From an uncultured Acidobacteriota bacterium (lineage in GTDB: Bacteria; Acidobacteriota; UBA6911): 64,000 nt of DNA. Positions 42,321-52,474 of the stretch are shown here, in pieces. Numbering within the stretch: position 1 is the stretch's first letter; each line of letters opens with the position of its first letter. Below the pieces are notes generated by a model. It worked only from the letters and a program-made list of their open reading frames with translations. It was not told where the DNA came from and made no database searches. The position numbers and the translations under genes were made by a program. The stretch lies in contig CAWHCF010000004.1 of the NCBI GenBank assembly GCA_963827655.1, positions 32,001 to 96,000 on the forward strand. The letters run 5' to 3'.

Positions 42321-45300
42321 ATGTACAACCAATTCTCCAGTTTCAAACAGGCGGCACTTCCCCGCGCGGTTTTCGTGCTCACCGTTTTGACTCTAGCCGC
42401 TCAGGCATTGCCCGCCCAGACGCTCGACACGGGAATACTCGGCAAAGTGACCGATCCACCCGGATCCGTGATTCCCGGAGCGACCGTTACCATCACTCAG
42501 CCCGCCACAGGATTCACACGCTCGGTTACCACGACAGGCGATGGCGCCTACGAAGTCCGATACCTGCGGCCAGGAGAGTACACCCTCGAGGTCAGAATGC
42601 AGGGCTTTCGAACCGAGCGCCACACCGGCATCGTTCTTCAGCTGTCGCAGCTGGCCCGCATCGATGTCACGCTGCAGGTCGGCGAGATCAAAGAAACCGT
42701 GGAAGTGAGCGCGACTCCGCCATTGTTGCAGACGGAAAACGCGGTGCTGGGTGAAGTCGTCGGTAGCGAACGCGTGGTAAACCTGCCACTGAATGGTCGC
42801 AACTTTCTTCAACTCTCGGGTATTACACCCGGCGTCGTCGTCCGCGAGGAGGGCAACGCAGTCCGAACCCGCGTGATTGCCAACGGCTCCAGAGATATCT
42901 GGATGCAGGTGAATGTCAACGGCATCACGGCCGTGAATAATCGTCACAACTTCGTCAATTTCTATCCTTCGATCGATGCCATTCAGGAATTCAAGGTTCA
43001 GAGCGGAAACTACTCGTCCGAGTATGGGGGAAATTCGGGGGCCAACATTAACGTCCAGCTCAAGCCTGGAACCAACCAGTTTCGCGGCAGCATCTTCGAG
43101 TTCCTGAGAAATGACAAGCTGGATGCCCGCGGATACTTCCGTCCCGAGCCTCTGCCGAAAGATATCCTGCGGCGCAATCAGTTCGGCACCGTTGTATCGG
43201 GACCCATCCGCAAGGACAAAACCTTTTTCATGGCGGGCTACGAAGGCATGCGGTCTGTGATTGAGCGCGCGGGTACCTCGATCGTCTTGACGCCGGAGCA
43301 GCGGCGCGGCGATTTCTCGACGACTCCCACGCCTGTCATCGATCCGCTCAGCGGCGCCCCTTTCCCGGGAAACATCATTCCTTCCAACCGGCTCGATCCG
43401 GTATCGGTTAACATTATCAACAACTATATGCCTCTGCCGAATGTAGCGGGGGCGGTGAACTATGCCGGAGTCACCCGGGACATCGTCGATATCGACCAGG
43501 GAATCGCCCGGATAGATCACTACTTCAGTCCGCAAGACCAGCTTGCGTTCCATTACATTTATTCGGCCCGAGATTATCCCAACGTCGAATTGAATCCCTT
43601 TTTTTTCTACAGCGCTACCTTCCCGAATAGCAGCCTCGGAATCCAGCACGTCCACACTTTCAGTCCCAGCTTATTAAACGAGTTCAGATTCGGATGGCAC
43701 AAGGGCGATACTGAGAAGTTGAGCCCGAGGACCAATACCGATTTTCGCATTGAAGATCTCGGTATCAACGGCTTGAAAGTGGGGGGCCCTGACGGCCGCC
43801 CGCTCCGGCCGGATGAACAAGGTTTTCCCGTGCTCAACATCGAGGGCTTCCTCAGCATGGGAGACAGCCAGGCGTCTTCGAATCTGGACAACAGCCGGAC
43901 TTATCAGATGGTAGACAATTTCAGTTTCATCCGTGGCGCCCACTCCATGAAAATGGGGTTCGACCTGCGGCGTCACCTGGATGATGCGACCACGAACAAC
44001 TGGCCATTTTCAAATATGGCTTTCACTCGGGATATCGCGGGGTTCGGGGCCGCGTCATTCATGCTGGGCTACCCGCGCACGGTCCTGACTCCGGAAGGGG
44101 TGCCGATTTCGAAAGTCCGGCAATGGCGCTGGGGGGTTTATTTCCAGGACGACTGGAAAGTCACGCAAAATCTGACGCTGAATCTCGGGGTCCGCTATGA
44201 TCTGTTCGGTCTGCCCAAAGAAATCAACGGAGTCAGTCGCACTCTGCGCTTCGACCTGGACCCGTCCGGTCCGGTGCTGTGGCCCGAGCCCGGCCAGGTC
44301 GTCGATCTCTGGCTCAACGAGTATAACTACGTCAGCCCGCGATTCGGTTTTGCCTGGCGCATGGGTGACAAGACCGTGGCCCGAGGGGGCTACGGAATTT
44401 TCCGCACCGCGGCGCATTTTGACAATGTCAATATTCTGCAGCTGAACCCTGGAGCCGGCGCCAGTCTCACCATCACCAATGGTGCCCTCAACCCGGTAGC
44501 CACCATTCAGAATCCCGTTCCCCGGGAACTTTTTCCTCAGAACCCGATATACAATGTGGTCACACTGCCCGAAGACCGGAAGCGGCGCAACGCCTACGTG
44601 CAGAACTGGAACCTTCAGCTTTCACGGCAGATCACCGGGAATGATCTTATCGAAGTAGGTTGGGTTGGAAGCAAGGGAACTTTTCTGGACACCAGCTTGA
44701 ACAACTACAACAATCCTCTCCCGAGCCTGCTGCCGTTCGACCAGGCGCGCAGGCCGTATCCGCAGTACAACCGCATCCGGATGATCGTGGCCGACGGCAA
44801 CAGCATTTATCATTCGTTGCAAAGCCGCTACGAACACCGGTTCTCAAAAGGGTTGAGCTTCACGGGCGCCTACACCTGGTCGCACCTGACCGACGACAGC
44901 GGACAGTCGGTCAATCGAGGAGCCTGTCAATGCCAGGATCCGCGCAATCGCGGCCGCGCCGAACGGGCCGACGGGCTCGAAGATTTCCGCCACCGGCTGG
45001 CCGCTGGTTATATGTGGGAACTTCCGTGGGGCGAAGGCTTATCAGGCTTCGCGGGAGCCTTCCTGGGCGGTTGGCAAGCAGGGGGTATCATCAACTTCCA
45101 GAGCGGCTCACCTTTCAACATAATTCAGAGCGGCGACACCCAGAACGTGGAATTTTCAGGCTGGTCGAGGCCCGATGTCCTTTCCGGCGTCGATCCCAGG
45201 CTCTCTGACCCCGATCCGTCGAACTGGTTTAACACGGCCGCTTTTTCACGAAGCGTCGGAAGATTCGGAACGGCTCCTCGAAACACGCTGGTCGGCCCGG

Positions 45301-45516
45301 GACTCAACACGTTCGATCTCTCGCTCTCAAAAACCTTCAAGATGCCGTATGCCACATCGCACGAACTGCTCTTCCGGACCGAATTCTTTAACGCCTTCAA
45401 CTCTCCTCAGTTTGCGCAATCCAGGCAGCACGCTTGGGACGGGAACATTCGGCCGGGTCACCGGAACCAGGGCTGACAACCGGCAGATTCAATTTGCGTT
45501 GAAGTACTTGTTTTGA
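42321..45516 (+). CDS. TonB-dependent receptor (frameshift near 45420)
   Basis: GAGG RBS; LPLNGRNFLQL, DAIQEFKVQ, FQDDWKVT.NLTLNLGVRY; the C-terminal RQIQFALKYLF lies in ORF 45175..45516. Confidence 0.9.
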
Positions 45517-45544
45517 ACGTATGGGGTGCGGTACCAACCACTAA

Positions 45545-45775
45545 GGGTTCGCGCAGAAATAAGTTCGCATTCTGCTGCAGGCCCCCAGGCCCGCTGGCGA
45601 GGCGCGAGCGACGATGCGTACCCGGCGCGGTACGTGAGGAGCGAGCAACAAAGCCAGCAGGGCTGCGGGCCGCAGCCCGAAGGAGCGCGATCCTCAGCAT
45701 GCTTAGCAAACAGAAACCGGTTTATGATTGACGCCGGATTGCGCGCCAGAATGTGAAGTTATTTCTGCGCGAGCC
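45545..45775 (+). mobile_element. MITE copy B (231 bp, longest copy)
   Basis: About 30-bp TIRs GGGTTCGCGCAGAAATAAGTTCGCATTCTG / GGCTCGCGCAGAAATAACTTCACATTCTG; TAA on both flanks (45542-45544 and 45776-45778). Confidence 0.85.
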
Positions 45776-45823
45776 TAAGACTCGAAGACACGAAGAAACG
45801 CTAAGAACCAGCCTAGGGGAAGG

Positions 45824-45851
45824 ACTGCCTACTGCTTACTGCCTACTGCTT
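45824..45851. repeat. Heptamer tandem repeat ACTGCCT/ACTGCTT (4 units)
   Basis: actgcctactgcttactgcctactgctt; related runs at 51409-51428 (inverted) and 53097-53117. Confidence 0.7.
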
Positions 45852-45984
45852 TTGATAGACAAAGGTCGGCGAATCGGGTACATGCTAGTGGCCTGTCGAG
45901 GAGTATCCAGGGAAGATGGTCTTGGTGACTATTCTTCGCTACGTCTGGTTGAGTCTTCGCGGTATGCCGCTCGAGGAGGACTGA

Positions 45985-47376
45985 ATGCCTATATCAAGAC
46001 TGCTTTCGAGCCGACGGCGTTTCTTTCAGTACAGCGGCCTGGTTGGCGCCCTGAGCGCTCTTCCCGGCGGTCATCGCCTGGCGCTGGCCTGGGCTTCCGA
46101 ACGGGCCCAGGAGTCGATGAAGGTGTACACCAGCATCGGCCTGCGGCCGATCATCAACGCTTCCGGAACCTATACTCATCTGGGCGGGTCGCTGATGCCG
46201 CCCGAGGTGATTGCGGCGATGAATGACGCCGCCAAACACTACGTGCCCATTCGTGATCTCACCAAAGCCACAGGCGAGCGCATCGCACAGCTCACGGGCA
46301 ACCCGGCCGCGCTGGTTACCACCGGGGCCGCGGGAGCTATTTTCGTCGGTACCGCGGCGTGCCTCGCGGGCGACGACCCTGACAAGATGAAACGGCTCCC
46401 GTTTACCGATGGCATGAAGAATGAAGTCGTTCTCCAGAAACTGCACAACACCGGCTGGACACGGCAATGCGAGGCAGCCGGAGCGCGCCTGATCGAGGTG
46501 GAGGAAAAGGATCAGCTGGATCGCGCCATTACCGGCAAGACCGCCATGATCTATTTTCTGGTGGCCGACAAGCACTTCGGGAAGTATCGCGACATGCCCG
46601 ACGCGCCGGGCGGCAAGATCTCGCTCCAGGAGTGCGTGGAGATCTCGCGGCGCGCGCGGATCCCGCTGCTCGTTGATGCGGCCGCCGAGTTGCCGCCATT
46701 CGAGAATCTCGCCGGCTACACGAAAATGGGGGTCGACCTGGTCGCCTTCAGCGGCGGTAAAGGATTGCGAGGGCCGCAGAATGCCGGGCTGCTGGTAGGG
46801 CGCAAGGACCTGATCGACCTCGCGGTTCAGTTTCAAAGCCCCTACAGCGGCATCGGTCGCGCTCTGAAAATCTCCAAGGAAACCATGATCGGTATGGTGG
46901 CCGCGGTCGAGCGTTACGTCAAAACCGATCACACTGCGGAGTGGAATTACTGGAAATCACAGATCGACTACATCAAGAGCGTGGTGGAGAAGGTTCCGGG
47001 CGTGGAAGCCGGCTACGTACCACGGGAGGTAACCAACCACGTGCCGCGCCTGTGGGTCAAGTGGGACGAGAAAACTTACAACTTCTCCCGCGAGGATTGT
47101 TTCAAAGCGCTGCAGGAGGGCGAGCCGAGCATCGTGGCGTTGCGTACCCCGATGGGCGTGACCATCGTTACCTGGATGATGGTTCCCGGGGAGGAGAAGG
47201 TAGTGGCGAGTCGATTGAAGGAAGTGCTCGAGAGCGCGAAGCGGTCGGCCCATCAACGTCCGCCGCGCACCGAACAGGAGCTGGCCGCTCGCTTCGAACT
47301 GGATAATCCCATTGACCAATGGGACCCGGCCGCCGATGGTCTGATCGGGCCGGTAAATGGGCTGCAGGCGCGGTAA
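45985..47376 (+). CDS. SelA-like/DgaE-like PLP-dependent enzyme with Tat signal
   Basis: GGAGGA RBS; SRRRFF; IINASGTYT.LGGS, ALVTTGAAGA, VDAAAE, FSGGKGLRGPQ. Confidence 0.85.
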   Translation: MPISRLLSSRRRFFQYSGLVGALSALPGGHRLALAWASERAQESMKVYTSIGLRPIINASGTYTHLGGSLMPPEVIAAMNDAAKHYVPIRDLTKATGERIAQLTGNPAALVTTGAAGAIFVGTAACLAGDDPDKMKRLPFTDGMKNEVVLQKLHNTGWTRQCEAAGARLIEVEEKDQLDRAITGKTAMIYFLVADKHFGKYRDMPDAPGGKISLQECVEISRRARIPLLVDAAAELPPFENLAGYTKMGVDLVAFSGGKGLRGPQNAGLLVGRKDLIDLAVQFQSPYSGIGRALKISKETMIGMVAAVERYVKTDHTAEWNYWKSQIDYIKSVVEKVPGVEAGYVPREVTNHVPRLWVKWDEKTYNFSREDCFKALQEGEPSIVALRTPMGVTIVTWMMVPGEEKVVASRLKEVLESAKRSAHQRPPRTEQELAARFELDNPIDQWDPAADGLIGPVNGLQAR

Positions 47377-47501
47377 TCGACGCGGACAGGCCGTTAGCAT
47401 CCGGTTCTCCGAGATCGGATGTTGCACTTGTCAGAGTAAGCCATCCCGCTGCATAACAGTGGAAGCGTTTGTGTTCCCAGAACCTTAAAAGGAGCGAGAC
47501 T

Positions 47502-48596
47502 ATGAATCGCCGAGAATTTGTTTCTTCGCTTGCCGCCGCGGGCGTCGCGCCGCTCAGCTCGGCAGGCGCGCCGGCTCAACCGGCAACCCGCGGGCGCGCG
47601 CTTATGAAGCTAGGCTGTCAAAGTTCGCCGACTTCGGAAAAGCGGCTCCAGTTTTTCAAGCGCCACTCCGTCAATAACATTTGCGGCTATCCGGAGGAGT
47701 CTGCGGAACGGGGTTACCCGACCGTAGAGGAGCTGACGCAGCTCCGGGAGCGCGCCGAGAAACACGGCGTCAGTATCGACATGGTGGCGCCCTCGTTTCT
47801 TGCGTCGAGCCACATCGATCGCACCAAGCGCCCGGCCATCATGCTGGGCCAAAATCCGGAACGGGACCGCGATATCGAATCCATTCAAAAACTGATCCAG
47901 AACTGCGCCAAGGCGGGCATTCCGGCCATCAAATACAACATGAGCCTCCTCGGCGTGCTGCGGACCGAACGAACGCCGGGGCGCGGTGGCTCCACCTATA
48001 GCACCTGGCGACTCAAGGAAGCCAAACCGGAGCGTCCTCTTACGCGGGCAGGAACCGTCAAGGCGGACCTTTACTGGGAACGAATCACCTACTTTCTTGA
48101 ACGAGTGATTCCGGTTGCAGCGGAAAACAAGATTCGCATGGCCTGTCACCCTCACGATCCAGGCGTCCCGCCGGAGGGCTACCAGGGCGTGGATGCCGTG
48201 CTCGGGACGGTCGACGGACTCAAGAAGTTCATCGCTATCAAGGAGAGTCCTTACCACGGATTAAACTTTTGCCAGGGAACGGTCTCGGAAATGCTCCAGG
48301 ATCCGGGCAAGGAGATCTTCGATGTGATCCGTTATTTCGGTTCGCGCAAGAAGATCTTCAACGTTCATTTCCGGAACATTCGCGGGAAGCGCGACAGTTT
48401 TCAGGAGGTCTATCCGGACGAAGGCGATATCGACTTTGCCAAGGCCATGATGGTCTACAAGGAGGTCGGGTATCCGTACATGATGATGCCCGATCATGTT
48501 CCGAATCATCCCGACGATCCTGGCGGTTCGCAAGCATTCGCGTTTGCGTACGGGTATATCCGCGCCCTGATTCAGGCGGTCGATGCCATGGCTTGA
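47502..48596 (+). CDS. Mannonate dehydratase (UxuA family) with Tat-like signal
   Basis: AAGGAG RBS; MNRREFV; YFLERVIPVA.E..IRMACHPHDP, GLNFCQG, VHFRN, PDEGDID, MPDHVP, AFAYGYIRAL. Confidence 0.85.
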   Translation: MNRREFVSSLAAAGVAPLSSAGAPAQPATRGRALMKLGCQSSPTSEKRLQFFKRHSVNNICGYPEESAERGYPTVEELTQLRERAEKHGVSIDMVAPSFLASSHIDRTKRPAIMLGQNPERDRDIESIQKLIQNCAKAGIPAIKYNMSLLGVLRTERTPGRGGSTYSTWRLKEAKPERPLTRAGTVKADLYWERITYFLERVIPVAAENKIRMACHPHDPGVPPEGYQGVDAVLGTVDGLKKFIAIKESPYHGLNFCQGTVSEMLQDPGKEIFDVIRYFGSRKKIFNVHFRNIRGKRDSFQEVYPDEGDIDFAKAMMVYKEVGYPYMMMPDHVPNHPDDPGGSQAFAFAYGYIRALIQAVDAMA

Positions 48597-48660
48597 GTCT
48601 CTCGCGTCGCGATCGCTTGATGCGCCGAGCTGACCGCGAAAACCAAGACGGGAAGCCCGG

Positions 48661-49836
48661 TCAATTAACTGCCAGGAACTTGACGCACACGGGCGAGCCG
48701 ACTTCGAGAACCTGGCCGGTCGGCGTCAGGCGCCCCGTCTTCGGGTTGATGGCGAAAACGACGATGGTGTTGGAATTCTGATTGGCCGCCAGAAGGTAAG
48801 AACCGGTCGGGTCAATGCCGAAATTGCGGGGCGTCTTTCCTTGCGTCGAGACTTGCTCGATCGACGTAAGGGTGCCTTTGTTGGAATCGATCGCAAACAC
48901 GGCGATGCTGTCGTGACCGCGATTCGATCCGTAGAGAAACTTTCCGGTCGGATGAACTTGCACCTCGGCCGTCGAGTTATTTCCCTGAAAATTCTCCGGC
49001 AGCGTCGAGATGGTTTGAAGCTCCTTGAAGGCGCCGCGGCTCGCTTCGTAAGCGAGCGAGGTCACGGTGGACTGGATTTCGTTGATCACATAGCCAAATC
49101 GGCCGTCCGGATGAAAAGCAAAGTGCCTGGGACCCGCGCCAGGATTGAGCCTGGCAAAGGCTGGATCATTGGGTACTAAAGAGCCTTTCACAGGATCGAA
49201 GGCGTAGACCAGCAATTGATCGAGGCCGAGATCGGCCGCCACGGCAAAGCGGTTGTCGTGCGAGAGATTGATCGAGTGAGCGTGCGGAGCCTGCTGGCGC
49301 TTCGGATTCACACTGGACCCGGTGTGCTGGACAAACGCGGAGGCTTCACCCAGCCGTCCGTCGTCCCTGACCGGTACTGCAACCACACTACCTCCGCCGT
49401 AGTTGGCCGCGAGCAAGCTCTTGCCGGATTTGTCCACTGCGACGTAGCAGGGTCCGGCGCCCCGTGAGGAGACCGTGTTCAGGACCGTGAGCTTGCCGGT
49501 CGAGGGCTCGATCGCATAACCGGTCAGGCTGCCACCCGCCTTGCCTTCGTAATTTGGGGTCTCGTTCGCCGCGTAAAGAAATTTGCCGTTCGGATGCAGC
49601 GTGAGAAACGAAGGGTTGATGGACTCGGCAGCAAGTGCAAGCGCGCTCAACTTGCCCGTCGCTGCATCCAGCCGGCAGGCGTAGATCCCCTTGCTGTTCT
49701 CGCGCGTATAGGTGCCGATGTATACCAGGTACTCGCGCGACCCGGCGCTCTTTTGTGCGCCAGGACTGCAGGGAACGAGGAAGGGGAGTGTGCCTAACAA
49801 CGCCAGAAAGCGACCGTATCTCCGAAGGTTTTTCAT
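48661..49836 (-). CDS. Secreted lactonase (6-phosphogluconolactonase YbhE/Pgl beta-propeller family)
   Basis: VYIGTYT, NPSFL, ANYGGGS, RQQAPHAH, GAGPRHFAFHP, FLYGSNRGHDSIA, GKTPRNF. Confidence 0.9.
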   Translation of the reverse strand: MKNLRRYGRFLALLGTLPFLVPCSPGAQKSAGSREYLVYIGTYTRENSKGIYACRLDAATGKLSALALAAESINPSFLTLHPNGKFLYAANETPNYEGKAGGSLTGYAIEPSTGKLTVLNTVSSRGAGPCYVAVDKSGKSLLAANYGGGSVVAVPVRDDGRLGEASAFVQHTGSSVNPKRQQAPHAHSINLSHDNRFAVAADLGLDQLLVYAFDPVKGSLVPNDPAFARLNPGAGPRHFAFHPDGRFGYVINEIQSTVTSLAYEASRGAFKELQTISTLPENFQGNNSTAEVQVHPTGKFLYGSNRGHDSIAVFAIDSNKGTLTSIEQVSTQGKTPRNFGIDPTGSYLLAANQNSNTIVVFAINPKTGRLTPTGQVLEVGSPVCVKFLAVN

Positions 49837-49963
49837 GGTCTTATTAGAGCGCATCGGAGACCACGGCGCAAGCGTTCCTTCGCGTCTTCAAGGCTGGCAC
49901 TAACCGCGAGGACGCGAGGACACCAAGAAACGCAAAGCATCTCAATGGGAAGGTTGGGCTCGC

Positions 49964-50482
49964 ATGCGCGTTCCGCTTTTCGTCTGTCACGCGAACTGCT
50001 GTCGCTCGGTTCTGGCTCATTATCTGTACGAGAATTTGGGCCGCGGCGCCCGCGCGCTGTCGGCCGGTGTCGAAGCCGGCCATGAACTCAACGATCGCGC
50101 TGACGCTATGCTGCGCCGGTGGGGGATCGATGCCAGCGGCCATCGTCCACGGCAACTCGATCGTTCCCTGTGCGACCGCAGTGATGCCATCCTGGTCATG
50201 AGCCCCAAACACCTGGCCCGCATCCTGGCCGAATACGGCCGCGATCTGGCGTCAAAATCCTACCTGTTCGCAGACCCGTACACTATGCCTGTTGGATTTC
50301 TGAACGGCGAGTATCATGTGTACGATCCGTCTTTCGAGAACCGGCCCATCGGCGATTTGACAGCCGATTTCCACTGGTTTCACGATCGCGTCCTTGAAGT
50401 CTTTTCGACACTGAATCAACAGGGCCGTGCCTTTGTCCCGGCAAGTCGCTACTTGAACCTGCTGGAGAGGCTACCGGCTTAG
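49964..50482 (+). CDS. Low-molecular-weight phosphatase (LMW-PTP/ArsC fold)
   Basis: P-loop VCHANCCRS; SAG, GIDASGHRPRQL, DAILVM, DP motifs. Confidence 0.75.
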   Translation: MRVPLFVCHANCCRSVLAHYLYENLGRGARALSAGVEAGHELNDRADAMLRRWGIDASGHRPRQLDRSLCDRSDAILVMSPKHLARILAEYGRDLASKSYLFADPYTMPVGFLNGEYHVYDPSFENRPIGDLTADFHWFHDRVLEVFSTLNQQGRAFVPASRYLNLLERLPA

Positions 50483-50505
50483 GGTTTTCGAAGCGGAAGT
50501 CTACG

Positions 50506-51321
50506 TCATCCAGTCACAAGCTCTTTGGCCCGCTGTGTTGCCTTAACCACTGCTTTTATCAGGGCAACCCGCAAGCCGCCGTCTTCCAGCTCCAGGATTC
50601 CATCGATCGTGCATCCGGCGGGCGTCGTGACGATGTCCTTCAGTTTCGCCGGATGTTCGCCCGTCTCGAGTACCATGCTTGAAGCGCCCAGCACCATTTG
50701 CGCTGCCAGCTGGGTTGCTACTTCGCGCGGCAACCCCACCTTCACCCCGCCGTCAACGAACGATTCAATAATGATATAGACGAATGCCGGCCCGCTGGCA
50801 CTCAAGCCCGTGACTGCGTCCATGTGCTTTTCATCCAGGATCAAGGAGCGGCCGATTGCATTGAAGATCATGCGAGCTTGCGAAATGTGGTCGGCCGAAG
50901 CGTGCCTGCCAGGCGCGATCGCGCTCATGCCCTGCTTGATGAGGCAAGGTGTGTTCGGCATCGTACGGATAACTGGAATGGGCTTGTCGAGCAGGTTTTC
51001 GATGAATCGCGTGGTGACGCTGGCAGCGACCGAGATGAGCAGATGGCTGGGTGTCAGATCATCCGAGATCTGGCGCAGCACTTCTTCCACGGTCTGCGGC
51101 TTTACACAAAGGAGCGCAAGCTGCGACTTGCGCACCGCTTCGCCGTTGGACAAAGTGGTCTCAATGCCGAGCCTGGCTCGAATCTGTTCGAGCCTTTCGG
51201 CGTGAGCCGCCGTTGCGATGAATTGACTCTTCGCAACGATGCCGGCATCAAGCATTCCAGTGATCAGCGCCTCCCCCAGCTTGCCCGCGCCCAGAACCGC
51301 GATCTTCTTGTTCTCAAACAT
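50506..51321 (-). CDS. proC: Pyrroline-5-carboxylate reductase
   Basis: GAGKLG, VKPQ, RTMPNTP, DAVTGLSASGPAF, HPAKLKDIVTTPAGCTI. Confidence 0.95.
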   Translation of the reverse strand: MFENKKIAVLGAGKLGEALITGMLDAGIVAKSQFIATAAHAERLEQIRARLGIETTLSNGEAVRKSQLALLCVKPQTVEEVLRQISDDLTPSHLLISVAASVTTRFIENLLDKPIPVIRTMPNTPCLIKQGMSAIAPGRHASADHISQARMIFNAIGRSLILDEKHMDAVTGLSASGPAFVYIIIESFVDGGVKVGLPREVATQLAAQMVLGASSMVLETGEHPAKLKDIVTTPAGCTIDGILELEDGGLRVALIKAVVKATQRAKELVTG

Positions 51322-51337
51322 GCTGTCACCCAAAACT

Positions 51338-51499
51338 AAGTAAAAAGTCAAAAGTGCTGAGTAAAAAGTGACTTTCTACTCAGCACCAATTCGCTGGAGT
51401 ATATCAAAGCAGTAGGCAGTAAGCAGAACGGAGTAAAAAGTGCTGAGTAGAAAGTCGCCACCACTTTTTGACTCAGCACTTTTTACTTTTTACTGAGTA
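51338..51499. repeat. Composite heptamer inverted repeats (AGTAAAA/AGTGCTG/AGTAGGC)
   Basis: agtaaaaagtcaaaagtgctgagtaaaaagt/actttctactcagcac and agtaaaaagtgctgagtagaaagt/actttttgactcagcactttttactttttact. Confidence 0.8.
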
Positions 51500-52433
51500 T
51501 TGGCAGAAAGAAAATCCCCACCAGGTCGGCCACGATCATGAGCGCGGAGGTGGCCAGAGCAATGGTCAGCGCAATATCCGAAGGAACCTCGAGCAGCGCC
51601 AGTCCCTCGACGTAAGCCCATTCGCGAATGCCGAGACCACCAAGGCTGATGGGAAGCATTGTGACCACGGCGATGAGCGGGAATAAAGCCGAGAAGGCCA
51701 CGAGGTCCACCGGATTTCCGGCGGCCACCGAAACCTGCTGAAGCGTCCAGAGAACCAGTCCTGAGTTGAAAAAAGAAATCGCGACGATTTGTATCCAGCT
51801 ACCGGCGGACCCGCGAACATTGGTCAGTGAATCGTGAAAACTTGCCAGCAAAGCCAGGCCTCTCTGAAACAGACTCCGGGATCCGGCGGTGAGATACTTG
51901 CGATAGACAAGATCTCCCTTCCAGATGAGCCACAGCAATAGTGCGATTCCGATCCAAACCAATCCGTACACGAGCCAGAGCGGGAGTCCGCGCCAGGTCA
52001 GCGGACAAAGAAGCACAGCCCCCGATCCGTAGATCAGCAGCGAGATCAATCCCACCGCCCGATCTTGCAGAACGGAAGCAAACCCGTTATGAAGGGCGTT
52101 TCCAGTCTTTCGGCTTATGAGGTAGGCTTTGACCGTATCGCCGCCGACCAGTGAAGGCAGCCCTACGTTGAAGAGCATGCCGAGAAAGTAGATTTGAAAA
52201 AAGGTCGAGTAACTCTCCTGCATGCCCTGAACGGCGGCGAACAGGCGCCATCGCTGGGCGCAGAAGAGTTGACCGATCCAGGAGATGACAATAAGCAGCG
52301 CGAGACGATCGATCTGCAGCCGTCCGAGATCCTGTTTGATTTTCGAAGGGTCTACCGCGTGCAGAATCGCCGCCAGAAGTATGGCGGCGATCACAAATCG
52401 AAGCGTGAAGGCCGCTATTTTTTTACCGGGCAT
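51483..52433 (-). CDS. Lysylphosphatidylglycerol-synthase TM/flippase-like membrane protein
   Basis: RWRL, GMLFN..LPS.VGGD.VK, SVLQDR, LPISLGGLGIRE. Confidence 0.85.
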   Translation of the reverse strand: MPGKKIAAFTLRFVIAAILLAAILHAVDPSKIKQDLGRLQIDRLALLIVISWIGQLFCAQRWRLFAAVQGMQESYSTFFQIYFLGMLFNVGLPSLVGGDTVKAYLISRKTGNALHNGFASVLQDRAVGLISLLIYGSGAVLLCPLTWRGLPLWLVYGLVWIGIALLLWLIWKGDLVYRKYLTAGSRSLFQRGLALLASFHDSLTNVRGSAGSWIQIVAISFFNSGLVLWTLQQVSVAAGNPVDLVAFSALFPLIAVVTMLPISLGGLGIREWAYVEGLALLEVPSDIALTIALATSALMIVADLVGIFFLPILSKK

Positions 52434-52474
52434 AGGGCTTTGCGATCGTCAAGGTCTTTTCATCCCCGGCGGTT

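Noticed and set aside
699-45516. Frameshifts in at least 11 genes as programmed frameshifting, phase variation or mass pseudogenisation
   Set aside because: They are scattered 1-bp indels in otherwise intact genes, with no shared slippery motif that I could see. Long-read consensus error is the simpler explanation; read-level polishing would settle it.
45513-45756. Recurring short ORFs such as MIDRRLSRQNVKLFLREP and KGSRRNKFAFCCRP as a small-protein family
   Set aside because: They are translations of MITE copies, with no consistent start, RBS or length.
45985-47376. selA / selenocysteine machinery
   Set aside because: The PLP motif is FSGGKGLRGPQ, not the SelA-type FSGDKLLGGPQ. The protein has a Tat-like leader, and I saw no selB, selC or selD nearby.
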